The notes: generated by a model not told the origin, from the letters alone. DNA of 64,000 nucleotides from an uncultured Coriobacteriaceae bacterium (GCA_900544655.1 UQWE01000001.1:119636-183635); one strand, 5' to 3'. Positions 50,569-60,840 are shown, counted from the first letter of the stretch. Translations and numbers: made by a program.

Positions 50569-51450
50569 CTACTTGGCACTCTCGGTGGAAAGCGCGATGC
50601 CCTCAAGATACTTGCCGTACTCGGTCTTGGCGATCTTGGAAGCCAGAGACAGCAGCTGGGCACGGCCGATCCAACCCTTACGGTACGCGATCTCCTCGAT
50701 AGAGGCGATCTTCGTGCCCGTAGACTGCTGGACGACGCGGATGAACTCGCCCGCGTGGAAGAGCTCGTCAACGGTGCGGGGACAGAACCAGGCAAAGCCC
50801 TCGGGCAGCGTGGTGGTGTAGAGCTGCTTGTGGTCAAGGTACATCTGGTTGAGATCCGTGATCTCAAGCTCGCCGCGCGCGGAAGGCTTGAGCTTCTTGG
50901 CGTACTCGACGACCTTGTTATCGTAGACGTAAAGACCAGTGGCGACGTACTTGGTGCGCGCCTCCTCCGGCTTCTCCTCGATATAAGTGACCTTCTTGTC
51001 CTCGCCAAAGTCAATGACAGCAAAGCGCTCGGGATCATTCACTCGATAACCAAAGACCGTGGCACCCTTGTCGCGATCGAGCGCCTCGCGAAGGTTCAGG
51101 TCAAATCCAGAGCCGTAGAAGATGCTATCCGCGAGAATGAGGGCGACGCGATCGTCACCAATGAAGTCCTCGCCGATGAGGAATGCCTGAGCGATGCCAT
51201 CGCGGCTGACCTGGGCCTTGTAGCTGATGTTCAAGCCGAGCTGCGAGCCATCGCCGAAGTGGGCCTGATAGGAAGCCATATCCTGGGGATTAACGATGAA
51301 CAGGACGTCGCGAATATCCGCCTTCATGAGCGTGGCCAGGGAATAATAGACGAGCGGCTTGTCATAGATGGGCAGAAGGTGCTTGGAACCCGAGAACGTC
51401 ATGGGATACAGGTGCGTTCCGAAGCCACCAGCAAGGACAATACCCTTCAC
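50569..51450 (-). CDS. Glucose-1-phosphate thymidylyltransferase (RmlA/RfbA) homolog with degenerate active site
   Basis: Colinear with RmlA: KGIVLAGG, LLPIYDKP, GDGSQLG, DGIAQAF, EEKP, KPSARGELEITD, EEIAY, YGKYL; GTG start after AAGGAGG. Confidence 0.9.
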   Translation of the reverse strand: MKGIVLAGGFGTHLYPMTFSGSKHLLPIYDKPLVYYSLATLMKADIRDVLFIVNPQDMASYQAHFGDGSQLGLNISYKAQVSRDGIAQAFLIGEDFIGDDRVALILADSIFYGSGFDLNLREALDRDKGATVFGYRVNDPERFAVIDFGEDKKVTYIEEKPEEARTKYVATGLYVYDNKVVEYAKKLKPSARGELEITDLNQMYLDHKQLYTTTLPEGFAWFCPRTVDELFHAGEFIRVVQQSTGTKIASIEEIAYRKGWIGRAQLLSLASKIAKTEYGKYLEGIALSTESAK

Positions 51451-51554
51451 AGCTATGCCTCCTTGAGTCGCATACATGTTCAGGGAGAGTATACCGCCAG
51501 ACCACGCGTTATACTATCTGACGTATGTGAACATATAACGAGAGGATTATCCTC

Positions 51555-53045
51555 ATGTCCGACAGCACCACGCCAGTACGCGTTAGATTCGCCCCCTCGC
51601 CCACCGGCAAGCTTCATGTCGGCGGTGCGCGGACGGCCATTTTTAACTGGGCCTTCGCGCGTGCGAATAACGGCACCTTCATCCTTCGCATCGATGACAC
51701 CGACCCGACTCGCTCGACTGACGAGAACACCCAGGTGATTCTCCGCGCCATGCGCTGGATGGGTCTCGACTGGGATGAGGGCCCCGAGGTTGGCGGAGAT
51801 TTTGGCCCCTACGCTCAGACGAAGCGCCTCGAGATGTACAAGGCCGCTGCCCAGAAGCTCTGGGACGAGGGCCGCGCCTACCCCTGCTTCTGCACCACCG
51901 AGCAGCTCGCCGAGGACAAGAGGGCCGCCCAGGAGCGCAAGGACCCCTTCCAGGGCTATCAGCGCCGCTGCCGCAACCTCGATCCGGCCGAGGCGAAGGC
52001 CCGCATCGAGGCTGGCGAGCCCTACGTCCTCCGAATCAAGGTCCCGGAGGACCGCGGCGACGTCGTCATACACGATGCCGTCCACGGCGACGTGACGTTC
52101 GATGCTAAGGAGCTTGACGACTTCGTCATCTTCCGCTCCGACGGAACGCCTACCTACAACTTCGCCACCGTCGTCGACGACGCCGCCATGGGCATCACCC
52201 ACATCATCCGCGGCGACGACCACCTCTCCAACACCCCGCGCCAGGTCATGGTCTACGAGGCCCTCGGGGCTCCCATCCCCGTCTTCGCGCACATTTCCAT
52301 GATCCTTGGCGCGGATGGCAAGAAGCTCTCCAAGCGCCACGGCGCCACAAGCGTCGAGGAGTTCCGCGACGCCGGTTACCTGCCGGACGCTTTCGTCAAC
52401 TATCTCGCACTTCTCGGTTGGTCTCCGGACGGCGAAACGACCATCGTCCCGCGTGACGTGCTCGCAAGCACCTTCTCCCTCGACCGCGTCTCGAAGAACC
52501 CCGCCACGTTTGACCCAGCGAAGCTTGACTGGATCAACGCCGAGTACCTTGCAGCAATGAGCGATGACGAGTTCACCGAGAAGATCATGATTCCCGAGCT
52601 ACTCGATGCCGGCCTCATCAAGGATGCCAACGATCGCACGCCCGAGTGGTTCGCTACCCTCGCCTCCGTCGTCCGCCCGCGTACCAAGCACCTCGGTGAT
52701 GTCGCTGGCATCTGCTCCATGGTGTTTGACTCGGCTGAAACCCTCCCCTACGAGGAGAAGGCCGTCTCCAAGGGTCTCGCCAAGGAGGGAATGGCTACCA
52801 TCCTCGACGCCGCCATCAAGGCGCTCGAGGGCGTCTCCCCCGATTCTTGGAACGCCGAGGCCGTCGACGCGGCGCTAGAGCAGCTCCCTGATCAGCTTGA
52901 CGCCAAGAAGCGCATCGTCTTCCAGGCGATTCGAGCCGCCATCTGCGGCAACCTCGTGAGTCCTCCGCTGGGCGTCGTAATCGAGCTCGTCGGCAAGACC
53001 GACGCCCTCGCCCGTCTCGAGCGCGCAAAGGGCATGGCACTCTAG
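51555..53045 (+). CDS. gltX: Glutamate--tRNA ligase
   Basis: VRFAPSPTGKLHVGG, LRIDDTD, PTYNFATVVDD, IRGDDHLSNT, KLSKRHGA. Confidence 0.97.
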   Translation: MSDSTTPVRVRFAPSPTGKLHVGGARTAIFNWAFARANNGTFILRIDDTDPTRSTDENTQVILRAMRWMGLDWDEGPEVGGDFGPYAQTKRLEMYKAAAQKLWDEGRAYPCFCTTEQLAEDKRAAQERKDPFQGYQRRCRNLDPAEAKARIEAGEPYVLRIKVPEDRGDVVIHDAVHGDVTFDAKELDDFVIFRSDGTPTYNFATVVDDAAMGITHIIRGDDHLSNTPRQVMVYEALGAPIPVFAHISMILGADGKKLSKRHGATSVEEFRDAGYLPDAFVNYLALLGWSPDGETTIVPRDVLASTFSLDRVSKNPATFDPAKLDWINAEYLAAMSDDEFTEKIMIPELLDAGLIKDANDRTPEWFATLASVVRPRTKHLGDVAGICSMVFDSAETLPYEEKAVSKGLAKEGMATILDAAIKALEGVSPDSWNAEAVDAALEQLPDQLDAKKRIVFQAIRAAICGNLVSPPLGVVIELVGKTDALARLERAKGMAL

Positions 53046-53116
53046 CCCGGACGTTGAAACAGTGCGGAGCCGGAATTGCCATGAATAGGCCCGCACTTGA
53101 TTCATCGTGTCACCAA

Positions 53117-53160
53117 GCCCCGCCGACGCTCCTGTAAACTGCGCCGGTGGGGCCATTTTT
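53117..53160 (+). terminator. Intrinsic terminator after gltX
   Basis: GCCCCGCCGACGC-loop-GCGCCGGTGGGGC then CATTTTT. Confidence 0.65.
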
Positions 53161-53195
53161 ATTCGCTGAGGGGATTGCGCGAAGCGCCTAGACAC

Positions 53196-53231
53196 AAGAA
53201 AGCCCCGAGCCATAAAGACGCGACTCGGGAC
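53196..53231 (-). terminator. Intrinsic terminator after the flippase-like gene
   Basis: Minus strand GTCCCGAGTC-loop-GGCTCGGGGC-TTTCTT. Confidence 0.65.
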
Positions 53232-53292
53232 ATTGCAGTTCATAATCACTGCGAACGGGAAGAACGGGCCTAAGCCACGACCTGCGAACAGC

Positions 53293-54609
53293 CTATTTGT
53301 TGGATCCAGACTTGCGAGATGAGCCCTTAACGACAAACTTGGTCGTCTTACGCGGGGGATTAGACGGATTATAGCTAACGGCACCGCGCACCAAACGCAC
53401 CTTCCTCTTCCCACCGCGACCAGACCAGCGCTGGACACGATGATAGATGCTTTCCGTGCTCGTGCTCTTAAGGCCCAGGAGCGGAAGAGCGGCGAATGTC
53501 GGGAAGAAGAACGTGACTACGCGCCAGACAAGAAATCCGGCAGTCGCATACCCACCAAACATCGGGCCGAAGAACAGGGCGAATCCTCCCTCGGCTCCCC
53601 CGGTGCCGCCAGGAAGAGGTACGGCAGTGGCAACAAGCTGAACCATCGAGCCCGCGGCGAGACAGGTAAGGAAGTCTGCCTCTAGACCAAAAGCATGGAT
53701 GACGAACCAGGGAATCGTATAGAGAAAGCCAAGCTGGCACATGGTGATGACAAGTGTGATCACCATGTCGGGGATACTGGCAGCCGAACGACGAAACGCA
53801 GTGGAGAACTGATCCACCTGCACGTTGATCATGTCATTCCACTTGTCGTAGTTCTTGACCCAACCATGGCCATTGGCCCAGCGGAGCAGAGACGAACCCG
53901 CGCGCCTGACAAAATTAGGGCAAAGACAGACGATGAAGAGGCCAATCAGCTCAAGTGCATGACCCGCAAAAACAAGCAGGTTAAGAAGGACGATGTCACC
54001 GTAGGAGTCAAGGAAGAAACCAAGCTTGGCCCAGAGCATGATGCCGGCGAAGAGGACGACACCGAGCTGGAACATGATAAAGCGAGTGAACTGCGTGGCA
54101 GAAGCCGCGCCAACGGAGAGCCCGGCCTTGGTGAGTTGATAAATCTGAGAGGGAAGCGCACCCATCTGCATTGGCGTGAGGTTGCCAAAGAAATTGCCGG
54201 AAGCCTCCACCGCCATGAGGTCACGAAAGCCCACGGGAGAGTCATGGTCGAGATACACAGCAACGGCATAGGCAAGGGAGCCGAGTATAAAGTACATGCA
54301 AATGCAGCCAACGGCGCCAACGAGCCAGGAAGCCTCAACGTTTTGGAAGGCCTCAATGAACGAATCGATTTGTCCGGAGAAAAACAGGAAGGCGACGTAG
54401 GCAGCAAAAACGAGACCGACAAACTGAGCGCCCTTAGCCGCCTGCTTCTTGTCAGGGTCCTGAGGCTGTTCCTCAGCAACCGCTCCCTTATGCATGGGAG
54501 CAGGAGCTCCGGCCAGCCTAGGCTTAGGAGCATGAGGCTTGTGCTTGGGAGCGACGTCCACATGGGTGGCCTGCTCTGCCTTGATGTTGTTTTCGGGGTT
54601 CTGAGCCAT
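53293..54609 (-). CDS. Lysylphosphatidylglycerol-synthase TM / flippase-like membrane protein (UPF0104)
   Basis: Polytopic; FFGNLTP.QMG..P.Q, VPLPGGTGGAEGGF, WRVVTF. Confidence 0.85.
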   Translation of the reverse strand: MAQNPENNIKAEQATHVDVAPKHKPHAPKPRLAGAPAPMHKGAVAEEQPQDPDKKQAAKGAQFVGLVFAAYVAFLFFSGQIDSFIEAFQNVEASWLVGAVGCICMYFILGSLAYAVAVYLDHDSPVGFRDLMAVEASGNFFGNLTPMQMGALPSQIYQLTKAGLSVGAASATQFTRFIMFQLGVVLFAGIMLWAKLGFFLDSYGDIVLLNLLVFAGHALELIGLFIVCLCPNFVRRAGSSLLRWANGHGWVKNYDKWNDMINVQVDQFSTAFRRSAASIPDMVITLVITMCQLGFLYTIPWFVIHAFGLEADFLTCLAAGSMVQLVATAVPLPGGTGGAEGGFALFFGPMFGGYATAGFLVWRVVTFFFPTFAALPLLGLKSTSTESIYHRVQRWSGRGGKRKVRLVRGAVSYNPSNPPRKTTKFVVKGSSRKSGSNK

Positions 54610-54796
54610 GCAATTCCTGAGTCTGGATGATGTCGCATACAGCGCGAGCGCCGTGCAGCCATTACTTGACTAGTGTACCCCACGCGGCAATTCTTCCGGA
54701 CACCCACACCATAAGCACGAAAACAGCCGGCCAAGGTATTACCCTGACCGGCTATCGACTTCAAGTTCAATGAAAGTTGACGACGTGCACCCTTCC

Positions 54797-55492
54797 CTAC
54801 TCTGCCTCAGGCGCATCCTCGGGACTAACGGAGGCGCCGCGCTCAGCGCAAGCGCGCTCGACAGCGGCAAGCTTAGTCCTGTAGGCTGCGGCAAGAATGT
54901 CGACGCAGCCCTGGCGACCAAAGCGCGCACGGTTAACCACGACGTCCTTGCCAGAATGAAGCATCCACTTGCCAGCAGAATAACGCTTGTAGAACATCTC
55001 GCGGGCACGCTGCATGCGCTTGACGAGCTTGCGAGCCTTCTTCTCGGAGATATCGCGCTTCGAGCGGACGATCTCGACACGAGCCTCAAGCGGGGCGGTC
55101 ACGAGGACGGTAATGAGGTTGGGATTATCACGAAGGATGTAATCAGACAGACGGCCTTCGATAATGCAGCTCTCGCTCGACCCGAGGTCGCGAATGACGT
55201 CCTCCATCTGCTTGAAGAGCTTATCCGCAATGGAGCGCGTATCAACGCGATCGGGAAGAAAGGCGGCAACCTCGGCCGCAAGGCTCTCGTCATAGGCGGC
55301 GATCTGATCCGTCGTCACTCCGGCACGCATGGCGGCGCGCACGAGAACCTCGTTGTCATACAGGGGGATGCCAAGCTCGACTGACAGCATCTTGCCAATC
55401 TCGTGGCCCTCCGCGCCAAAGTCGCGCGCAATGGCGATGACTACGGGATAGGTGGAGATATCAGGGCTTACCTCAGAGAAGTTCTCGGTCAT
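54797..55492 (-). CDS. Cytidylate kinase-like family protein
   Basis: IAIARDFGAEGHEIG..L...LGIPLYD, SCIIEGRLSDYILR. Confidence 0.85.
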   Translation of the reverse strand: MTENFSEVSPDISTYPVVIAIARDFGAEGHEIGKMLSVELGIPLYDNEVLVRAAMRAGVTTDQIAAYDESLAAEVAAFLPDRVDTRSIADKLFKQMEDVIRDLGSSESCIIEGRLSDYILRDNPNLITVLVTAPLEARVEIVRSKRDISEKKARKLVKRMQRAREMFYKRYSAGKWMLHSGKDVVVNRARFGRQGCVDILAAAYRTKLAAVERACAERGASVSPEDAPEAE

Positions 55493-55502
55493 GGTTGCTC
55501 CT

Positions 55503-56141
55503 TTAGGCCGCGACCTGGCGACGCTGGTGGGCACGAACGATCAGGGAAATGCCAAAGTTCAGGGCGAAGTACAGCAGGAACACAAAGCCATAGACGAGGA
55601 GGACCTCATTGAGGCTCTGGGACTTTGCCATAACTACCTTAGAGGTATACATGAACTCGGCCACATTAATGCCGGCAAGATAGGAACTGTCCTTGATGAC
55701 CGTCGTGCACTGGCTGAACAGGGCGGGGACGATCGTCTTGAACGTCTGAGGCAGGATGATGAGGCGCATGGTCGCGAAGAACCCGAAACCCTGGCTCTGA
55801 GCAGCCTCGAACTGGCTCTGCGGAATGGAGTTGAGACCTCCGCGGACGATCTCCGCCATAACGGCCGAGGTAAAGATCGTAAACGCAAGAGTGGAAATGA
55901 AGACGTCGTTACCCTTGACCGTGAAGTAAATGAAGAGGATCCAGAGAAGGTTAGGCGTGCAGCGGAAGAGCTCGATATAGGCGCTGACGAGAAGCGAGAA
56001 CGGTTTGGCGGCGTATGCCTTCACAAGCGCAAGAACCGTACCGAATATAAGCGAGAAGAAGATCGAGAGGGCAGAAATCTCGAGCGTCTTGACAAAGCCA
56101 CCGAGCATGAACATGACGTTCGCAGAGCTAAATACCTCCAT
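55503..56141 (-). CDS. Polar amino acid ABC transporter permease
   Basis: YIELFRCTP, AEIVRGGLNSIPQSQFEAA..QG, IILPQ, IKDSS. Confidence 0.94.
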   Translation of the reverse strand: MEVFSSANVMFMLGGFVKTLEISALSIFFSLIFGTVLALVKAYAAKPFSLLVSAYIELFRCTPNLLWILFIYFTVKGNDVFISTLAFTIFTSAVMAEIVRGGLNSIPQSQFEAAQSQGFGFFATMRLIILPQTFKTIVPALFSQCTTVIKDSSYLAGINVAEFMYTSKVVMAKSQSLNEVLLVYGFVFLLYFALNFGISLIVRAHQRRQVAA

Positions 56142-56144
56142 GAC

Positions 56145-56891
56145 CTACGCCTCCTTCGCGGTATCGGGCGTAATGCCAGGAATCACCTTTGCGCGCGGGC
56201 GCATCTTGGAGCGAGCCTCGAGCCACTGGACGAGAAGCGCCAGGGGGAAGCAGATGATGAAGTACAGAATGCAAGCCATGATGTAGCCCTGCAGGTAGCC
56301 GTACGTGGAGACAAAGCCATCCGCGTTGTACATCAGGTCGCCGCCAGCGATGAGGGCGAGCACGGAGCTGTTCTTAACGAGATTGAGGGCCTGGTTGCAC
56401 AGCGGAGGCAGAATCACCTTGAAGGTCTGGGGCAAGATGATGTACCCATAGGTCTGAATGCGAGAGAAACCCTGCGACAGGGCTGCCTCCATCTGACCGC
56501 GAGGAACGCTCTCGATGCCCGTACGAATGACCTCGGAAATGTAGGCCGCGTGATACAGTCCGACGCCGAGGGCACCAAGTGCAAAGGCGGAGGTACGGAC
56601 CGGGCTATCCGTATGAAGGATGACCTGCAGGATCTTAGGCCCCGCCATGTACATGAAGAAGACCTGCACCGGCAGAGGCGTGTTCTGGTAAAACTCGACG
56701 TAGACACGGCTGATGGCCCTGAGAACGTTAGAGCGCGTAGTGGAGAACACACCAAGTACCGTACCAAGAACGATCGAAAGCGCCAGGCCAGCAAACACTA
56801 CTTTGAGCGTAAGCCCGAATCCCGACCAGAGATCGCCCATGCTGGCGAGGGTCAGCTCCCATCGCTTCGCATCGAGGAGTCCGTCTAGCAT
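56145..56891 (-). CDS. Polar amino acid ABC transporter permease
   Basis: YVEFYQNTPL, SEVIRTGIESVPRGQMEAA..QG, IILPQ, VKNSS. Confidence 0.94.
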   Translation of the reverse strand: MLDGLLDAKRWELTLASMGDLWSGFGLTLKVVFAGLALSIVLGTVLGVFSTTRSNVLRAISRVYVEFYQNTPLPVQVFFMYMAGPKILQVILHTDSPVRTSAFALGALGVGLYHAAYISEVIRTGIESVPRGQMEAALSQGFSRIQTYGYIILPQTFKVILPPLCNQALNLVKNSSVLALIAGGDLMYNADGFVSTYGYLQGYIMACILYFIICFPLALLVQWLEARSKMRPRAKVIPGITPDTAKEA

Positions 56892-56985
56892 CTCTATCCC
56901 TTCGTCAAAACATACATCGTGCCGCCCAGGCTAAAGTCCAGGCGGCACGGAAGCCCGGCCCCATAAGGATCCGGGCGAAGCAGTC

Positions 56986-57828
56986 CTAGAGCAGGCCCCA
57001 AGCGGAGACTTCCTCGTCGATCCAGCCGTTGGAAGTAACCTCCTTGACGACTTCCTCGGTGACCTCGGAGAAGTCGCAGCCCTTCTTGGTGGCGATGCCG
57101 TAATCCTGGGCGCCGAACTCGATCTCGGGCTGCAGGAGCTCCTTGTCATCGTTCGTGTAGGTCTTCAGCGTGGAACGGTCCATCGCGAAGGCGTCGATCT
57201 GGCCGGCGTCAAGGGCGGAGTTGATGGAGGGGTAATCCGGGTACTCGTCGAAGACGGGCGTGGCGGCAATGTTGTTGTCCTGAAGCATCTGAAGGACGAG
57301 GTCCTTGGTGGTCGAGCCCTGGGAGACGCCGATGTGCTTGCCGTCGAGGTCAGCCATGGTGGACATGGCGCCCTTCTTGATGAGGATGCCAACGTGGTCA
57401 GTACGATAGGGATCGGTGAAGTCCCAGTCCTCCTTGCGCTTGTCCGTAATGGTGTAGGTGGCGCAAATCATGTCAAGGGTGTCGTTGTCGATAAGCGGGC
57501 CGCGGGTCTTCGGGGTGACGTCGGTGAACTCGCAGAGATCCTTATCCTCGGCCTCCTCATAAGAGACGTCAAAGACCTTGGCGGCGACCATGTAGCACAG
57601 GTCGATCTCGAGACCCTCGTACTTGCCAGTGGCGGTATCGAGCAGACCGTAACCCACGACGTCCTTCTTGACGCCGCACTTTAGCTTGCCGCGATCCTTG
57701 ATGGTCTGAAGCTTGGAGTCGGAAGAGCTGGAGGACGAGCTACCGCCGCAGCCAACAAGACCAAGGCCGGCGATGGCGGCGGAGGCACCGAGGGTTACGA
57801 CGAACTGACGGCGAGAGATGTTCTTCAT
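56986..57828 (-). CDS. Polar amino acid (Glu/Asp/Gln-type, PEB1/GluB-like) substrate-binding lipoprotein
   Basis: SRRQF signal + LVGC lipobox; IKDRGKL..GVK.D, VTPKTRGPL, ATYTIT..R, YGIATKKG. Confidence 0.92.
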   Translation of the reverse strand: MKNISRRQFVVTLGASAAIAGLGLVGCGGSSSSSSSDSKLQTIKDRGKLKCGVKKDVVGYGLLDTATGKYEGLEIDLCYMVAAKVFDVSYEEAEDKDLCEFTDVTPKTRGPLIDNDTLDMICATYTITDKRKEDWDFTDPYRTDHVGILIKKGAMSTMADLDGKHIGVSQGSTTKDLVLQMLQDNNIAATPVFDEYPDYPSINSALDAGQIDAFAMDRSTLKTYTNDDKELLQPEIEFGAQDYGIATKKGCDFSEVTEEVVKEVTSNGWIDEEVSAWGLL

Positions 57829-57956
57829 GGGATACCCCTTTCAGTTGCAGGCAGTCAACTACTTCAAAAGCGGCGCTACCACCGCTTGCCAGCCCGCTCA
57901 CACGGGCAAATGCACTTGCAAAAAGGTCTTCGTGCGAAAGACGAGCAGACCCTGAG

Positions 57957-58697
57957 TTAGCGCAGAATCTTGGAAAGGAAGAGCTTCGTGCGCTCGTTCT
58001 GGGGATTCTCGAAAAAGTGCTCGGGCGTGCCCTCCTCGATAATCCTTCCGTCCTCAACGAAGATGACGCGATCGGCAACCTCACGAGCAAAGCCCATCTC
58101 GTGAGTGACGCACATCATCGTGATGTTCTCCTGGGCGAGCTCGACCATGACATTGAGGACCTCTTGGACCATCTCAGGATCGAGAGCGCTCGTCGGCTCA
58201 TCGAACAGGATGATCGGCTGCTTGGTGCAGAGGGCGCGTGCGATTGCGACGCGCTGCTGCTGACCACCAGAGAGGTTCTGCGGGTACTCCCCCGCCTTCG
58301 CCTCTAGGCCAACACGCCTGAGGGCAGCCATGGCAGCCTCCGTGGCCTCTTCCTTGCTCTTCTTCTGGAGCTTAATTGGCGCAAGCGTGAGGTTACCGAG
58401 AACCGTCATGTTGGGATACAGGTTGAACTGCTGGAACACCATCGACGAGTACTTGCGCGCCATCTCAAGGTGGTTCTTGCGCGTAAGCTCAGTACCATCA
58501 ATCGTGATGGTACCGGTGGTGGGCTCCTCGAGGTAGTTCACGCAACGGATGAGCGTAGACTTGCCGGAGCCAGAGGGCCCGATGATGACGAGCTTCTCGC
58601 CAGCCTTGACGGTAAGGTTAATATCCTTGAGGACGTGGGCGTCTCCGAAATACTTATTGAGACCACGAATCTCAATCATGTTCTTGGCGTCAGCCAT
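57957..58697 (-). CDS. Polar amino acid ABC transporter ATP-binding protein (GlnQ-like)
   Basis: [43 protein letters not shown]. Confidence 0.96.
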   Translation of the reverse strand: MADAKNMIEIRGLNKYFGDAHVLKDINLTVKAGEKLVIIGPSGSGKSTLIRCVNYLEEPTTGTITIDGTELTRKNHLEMARKYSSMVFQQFNLYPNMTVLGNLTLAPIKLQKKSKEEATEAAMAALRRVGLEAKAGEYPQNLSGGQQQRVAIARALCTKQPIILFDEPTSALDPEMVQEVLNVMVELAQENITMMCVTHEMGFAREVADRVIFVEDGRIIEEGTPEHFFENPQNERTKLFLSKILR

Positions 58698-58775
58698 GGG
58701 ATTCCTTTTCTCGGATTGTCTTGTCTGAAGACTCTACGGAACCAAAGCGGTCTTGATTGTTATTTATACCCGATT

Positions 58776-58812
58776 GTCATGAAGCCGAAACACACCGTTA
58801 CGCAGGCGTTAT
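58776..58812. promoter_or_regulatory. Putative actinobacterial GlnR-type operator
   Basis: GTCAT-n6-GAAAC-n5-GTTAC-n6-GTTAT upstream of the amino-acid ABC operon; resembles gTnAc-n6-GaAAc. Confidence 0.45.
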
Positions 58813-58911
58813 CAAGTGGGAGCCAAATCGGCGCGCGTTTATGCGAAAAATCGTATCAACCATAGCGCCCGATAAGCTAGCGCCGTCTCCTCCCGTGGGG
58901 CCCGAATGTCA

Positions 58912-60834
58912 CTAGCGGTGCTTCCTCCTGTGGCGAGCCCAAATGTCACGGAAGACGAAGAACGTGATACCGAAGGCGATCAGATAGCACACGAAGGCAA
59001 ATCCAGGAACGTCAAAGACCCTGAATCTTGCATCGCCGCCCTCAGTGCTCATAACGATCGCACTGGCGGCAATGAGAAAGCCGACGCACAATACGCCAAG
59101 GGTTAGGCGGTCCGCGATATGGGAGAGGTCGTCGATGGGGTCCTCAGAACCGACGAAATCCATGTTGATCTTGAGCTGGCCTCGCGTGAGCATGCTCATG
59201 GCGAGTTCCGCCTGAGCCGCGGCGCCCAGAAGGCCCTTGGTCGCGGCTTTGCTGCGTATGGCGAGCTCCGCCACGTCGCGCTTGATCTTTGCCGAGCTAT
59301 TTGTATGAACGCGGATGTGTTGGGAGATGATGTCGATCATGTTGACGCCGGGCAGAAACTCGTCAAGAACGCCCTCGAGCGTCACGAGGCCACGTGCCAT
59401 GCTCGTGATCTGACCTGGGAGTTCGATGCCGTTCCTCCGCGCGAGCGCGATGATGCGCCCAAGGAAACTGCCAAGATCGAGCTCGGACAGGTTGACGGTA
59501 CCAAACTCGTCGACGACCTCGTCGAGATCAGCGAGGAGCTCGCCGTGATCCACGTCCTCGGGACTCGTCGAGGAAAGCCTGAGCAGGGCGCTCTTGAGCT
59601 TTGGCGTATCCCGCTCCGCCACCGAGAAGATCATGTCGCGCATGATGCGTCGAAGGCTTAGGGACAGGCGGCCCGTGATGCCGAGGTCGAGAAAGACTAT
59701 CTGCCCACCAAGGACCTCGATGTTGCCCGGATGCGGATCGGCATGGAAAAAGCCGTCATCAAGGAGCTGGGAGGCATAGTTGTCCACAAGCTTGGTGCCG
59801 ATCTCGGTGAGGTCATAACCGGCCTTGACGAGCTTGGCGGGAGTCGAGATGGTAATGCCGTCGATATACTCCATCACAACGACGTGCTTCGTGCAGAGGT
59901 CCATGTAAGGCTTAGGGCATGTCACGAACTTGCAACCCTCGTTATTACGCCTGAACTCCTCGAGGTTACGCGCCTCGACGAGGAAGTCCGTCTCCTCCCG
60001 GAAGGTGTCCCAAAGCTCTTCGACGACGCTTGTGAGGTCGAGGAACTGCTCGCCCTTGAAGAAGGGCATCAGGTGGCGGACGAGAGAGCGCATGATGTCG
60101 ATGTCCTGCGCCATGACCTCCTGAACATGGGGACGTTGCACCTTGATCGCGACGTCCTCGCCCGAGGAGAGGCGGGCGCGATGGACCTGCGCCACCGAGG
60201 CGGAGCCCAAGGGTCGCTCGCCGATAGCGTCAAATATCTCGCCGAGGTCCCCACCGTACTCGCTTTCGAGCACGGCGAGAACGGTCTCGTACGGCATTGG
60301 CTCGACGTCGCTCCTAAGACGCGAGAGCTCCTCGCAGAACTGCTCTGGGAGAATCTCTGAGCGCATGGACAGGATCTGCCCCGCCTTGACGAAGGTGGGG
60401 CCGAGCTCCTCGAGCATCCGGCGAAACTTGACGGGCGTGATACCACCGAGAACATCGTACTTGCGGACAATCGCAAATATCTGAAGCAGACGCGCGTGCC
60501 GGCGCTTCCGCGAGACCCCATAGCGGCTCGCATCATTTCTGCGAGCACCTCGAAGAAGGCCGATCGTCACGGAATCAGAGTCGTCGTCGAGCTCGCCTTC
60601 GACGCCGGCGAGCGCGGCCTCCCACATCGCGTCCTCAGCCTCGGCCGGAGTCGCATCGGGACGCAACGCGTCATCTGGGCTGCTAATCTCGTCGAGAGAG
60701 CCTGAACCGCGAGCGCAGTCGGAAGAAGCCGGCCCTTGCGTCATCGAGGGCGACGCCGAGCCACGAGAAGCCGCCCCCGGGCCGGAAGCGTCAGGGGCGG
60801 CGAATCTCTCGTTCTTTTCGAGGTCTTCGTTCAA
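58912..60834 (-). CDS. AarF/UbiB (ABC1) atypical kinase family protein
   Basis: LGPTFVKAGQILS.R, LGSASVAQVH, VAIKVQRP, FFHADPHPGN, LDLG; two C-terminal TMs; acidic N-terminal extension. Confidence 0.93.
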   Translation of the reverse strand: MNEDLEKNERFAAPDASGPGAASRGSASPSMTQGPASSDCARGSGSLDEISSPDDALRPDATPAEAEDAMWEAALAGVEGELDDDSDSVTIGLLRGARRNDASRYGVSRKRRHARLLQIFAIVRKYDVLGGITPVKFRRMLEELGPTFVKAGQILSMRSEILPEQFCEELSRLRSDVEPMPYETVLAVLESEYGGDLGEIFDAIGERPLGSASVAQVHRARLSSGEDVAIKVQRPHVQEVMAQDIDIMRSLVRHLMPFFKGEQFLDLTSVVEELWDTFREETDFLVEARNLEEFRRNNEGCKFVTCPKPYMDLCTKHVVVMEYIDGITISTPAKLVKAGYDLTEIGTKLVDNYASQLLDDGFFHADPHPGNIEVLGGQIVFLDLGITGRLSLSLRRIMRDMIFSVAERDTPKLKSALLRLSSTSPEDVDHGELLADLDEVVDEFGTVNLSELDLGSFLGRIIALARRNGIELPGQITSMARGLVTLEGVLDEFLPGVNMIDIISQHIRVHTNSSAKIKRDVAELAIRSKAATKGLLGAAAQAELAMSMLTRGQLKINMDFVGSEDPIDDLSHIADRLTLGVLCVGFLIAASAIVMSTEGGDARFRVFDVPGFAFVCYLIAFGITFFVFRDIWARHRRKHR

Positions 60835-60840
60835 GCCTCG

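Noticed and set aside
57750..57828. Twin-arginine signal on the ABC binding lipoprotein as a novelty
   Set aside because: RR-containing lipoprotein signals are common in actinobacteria.
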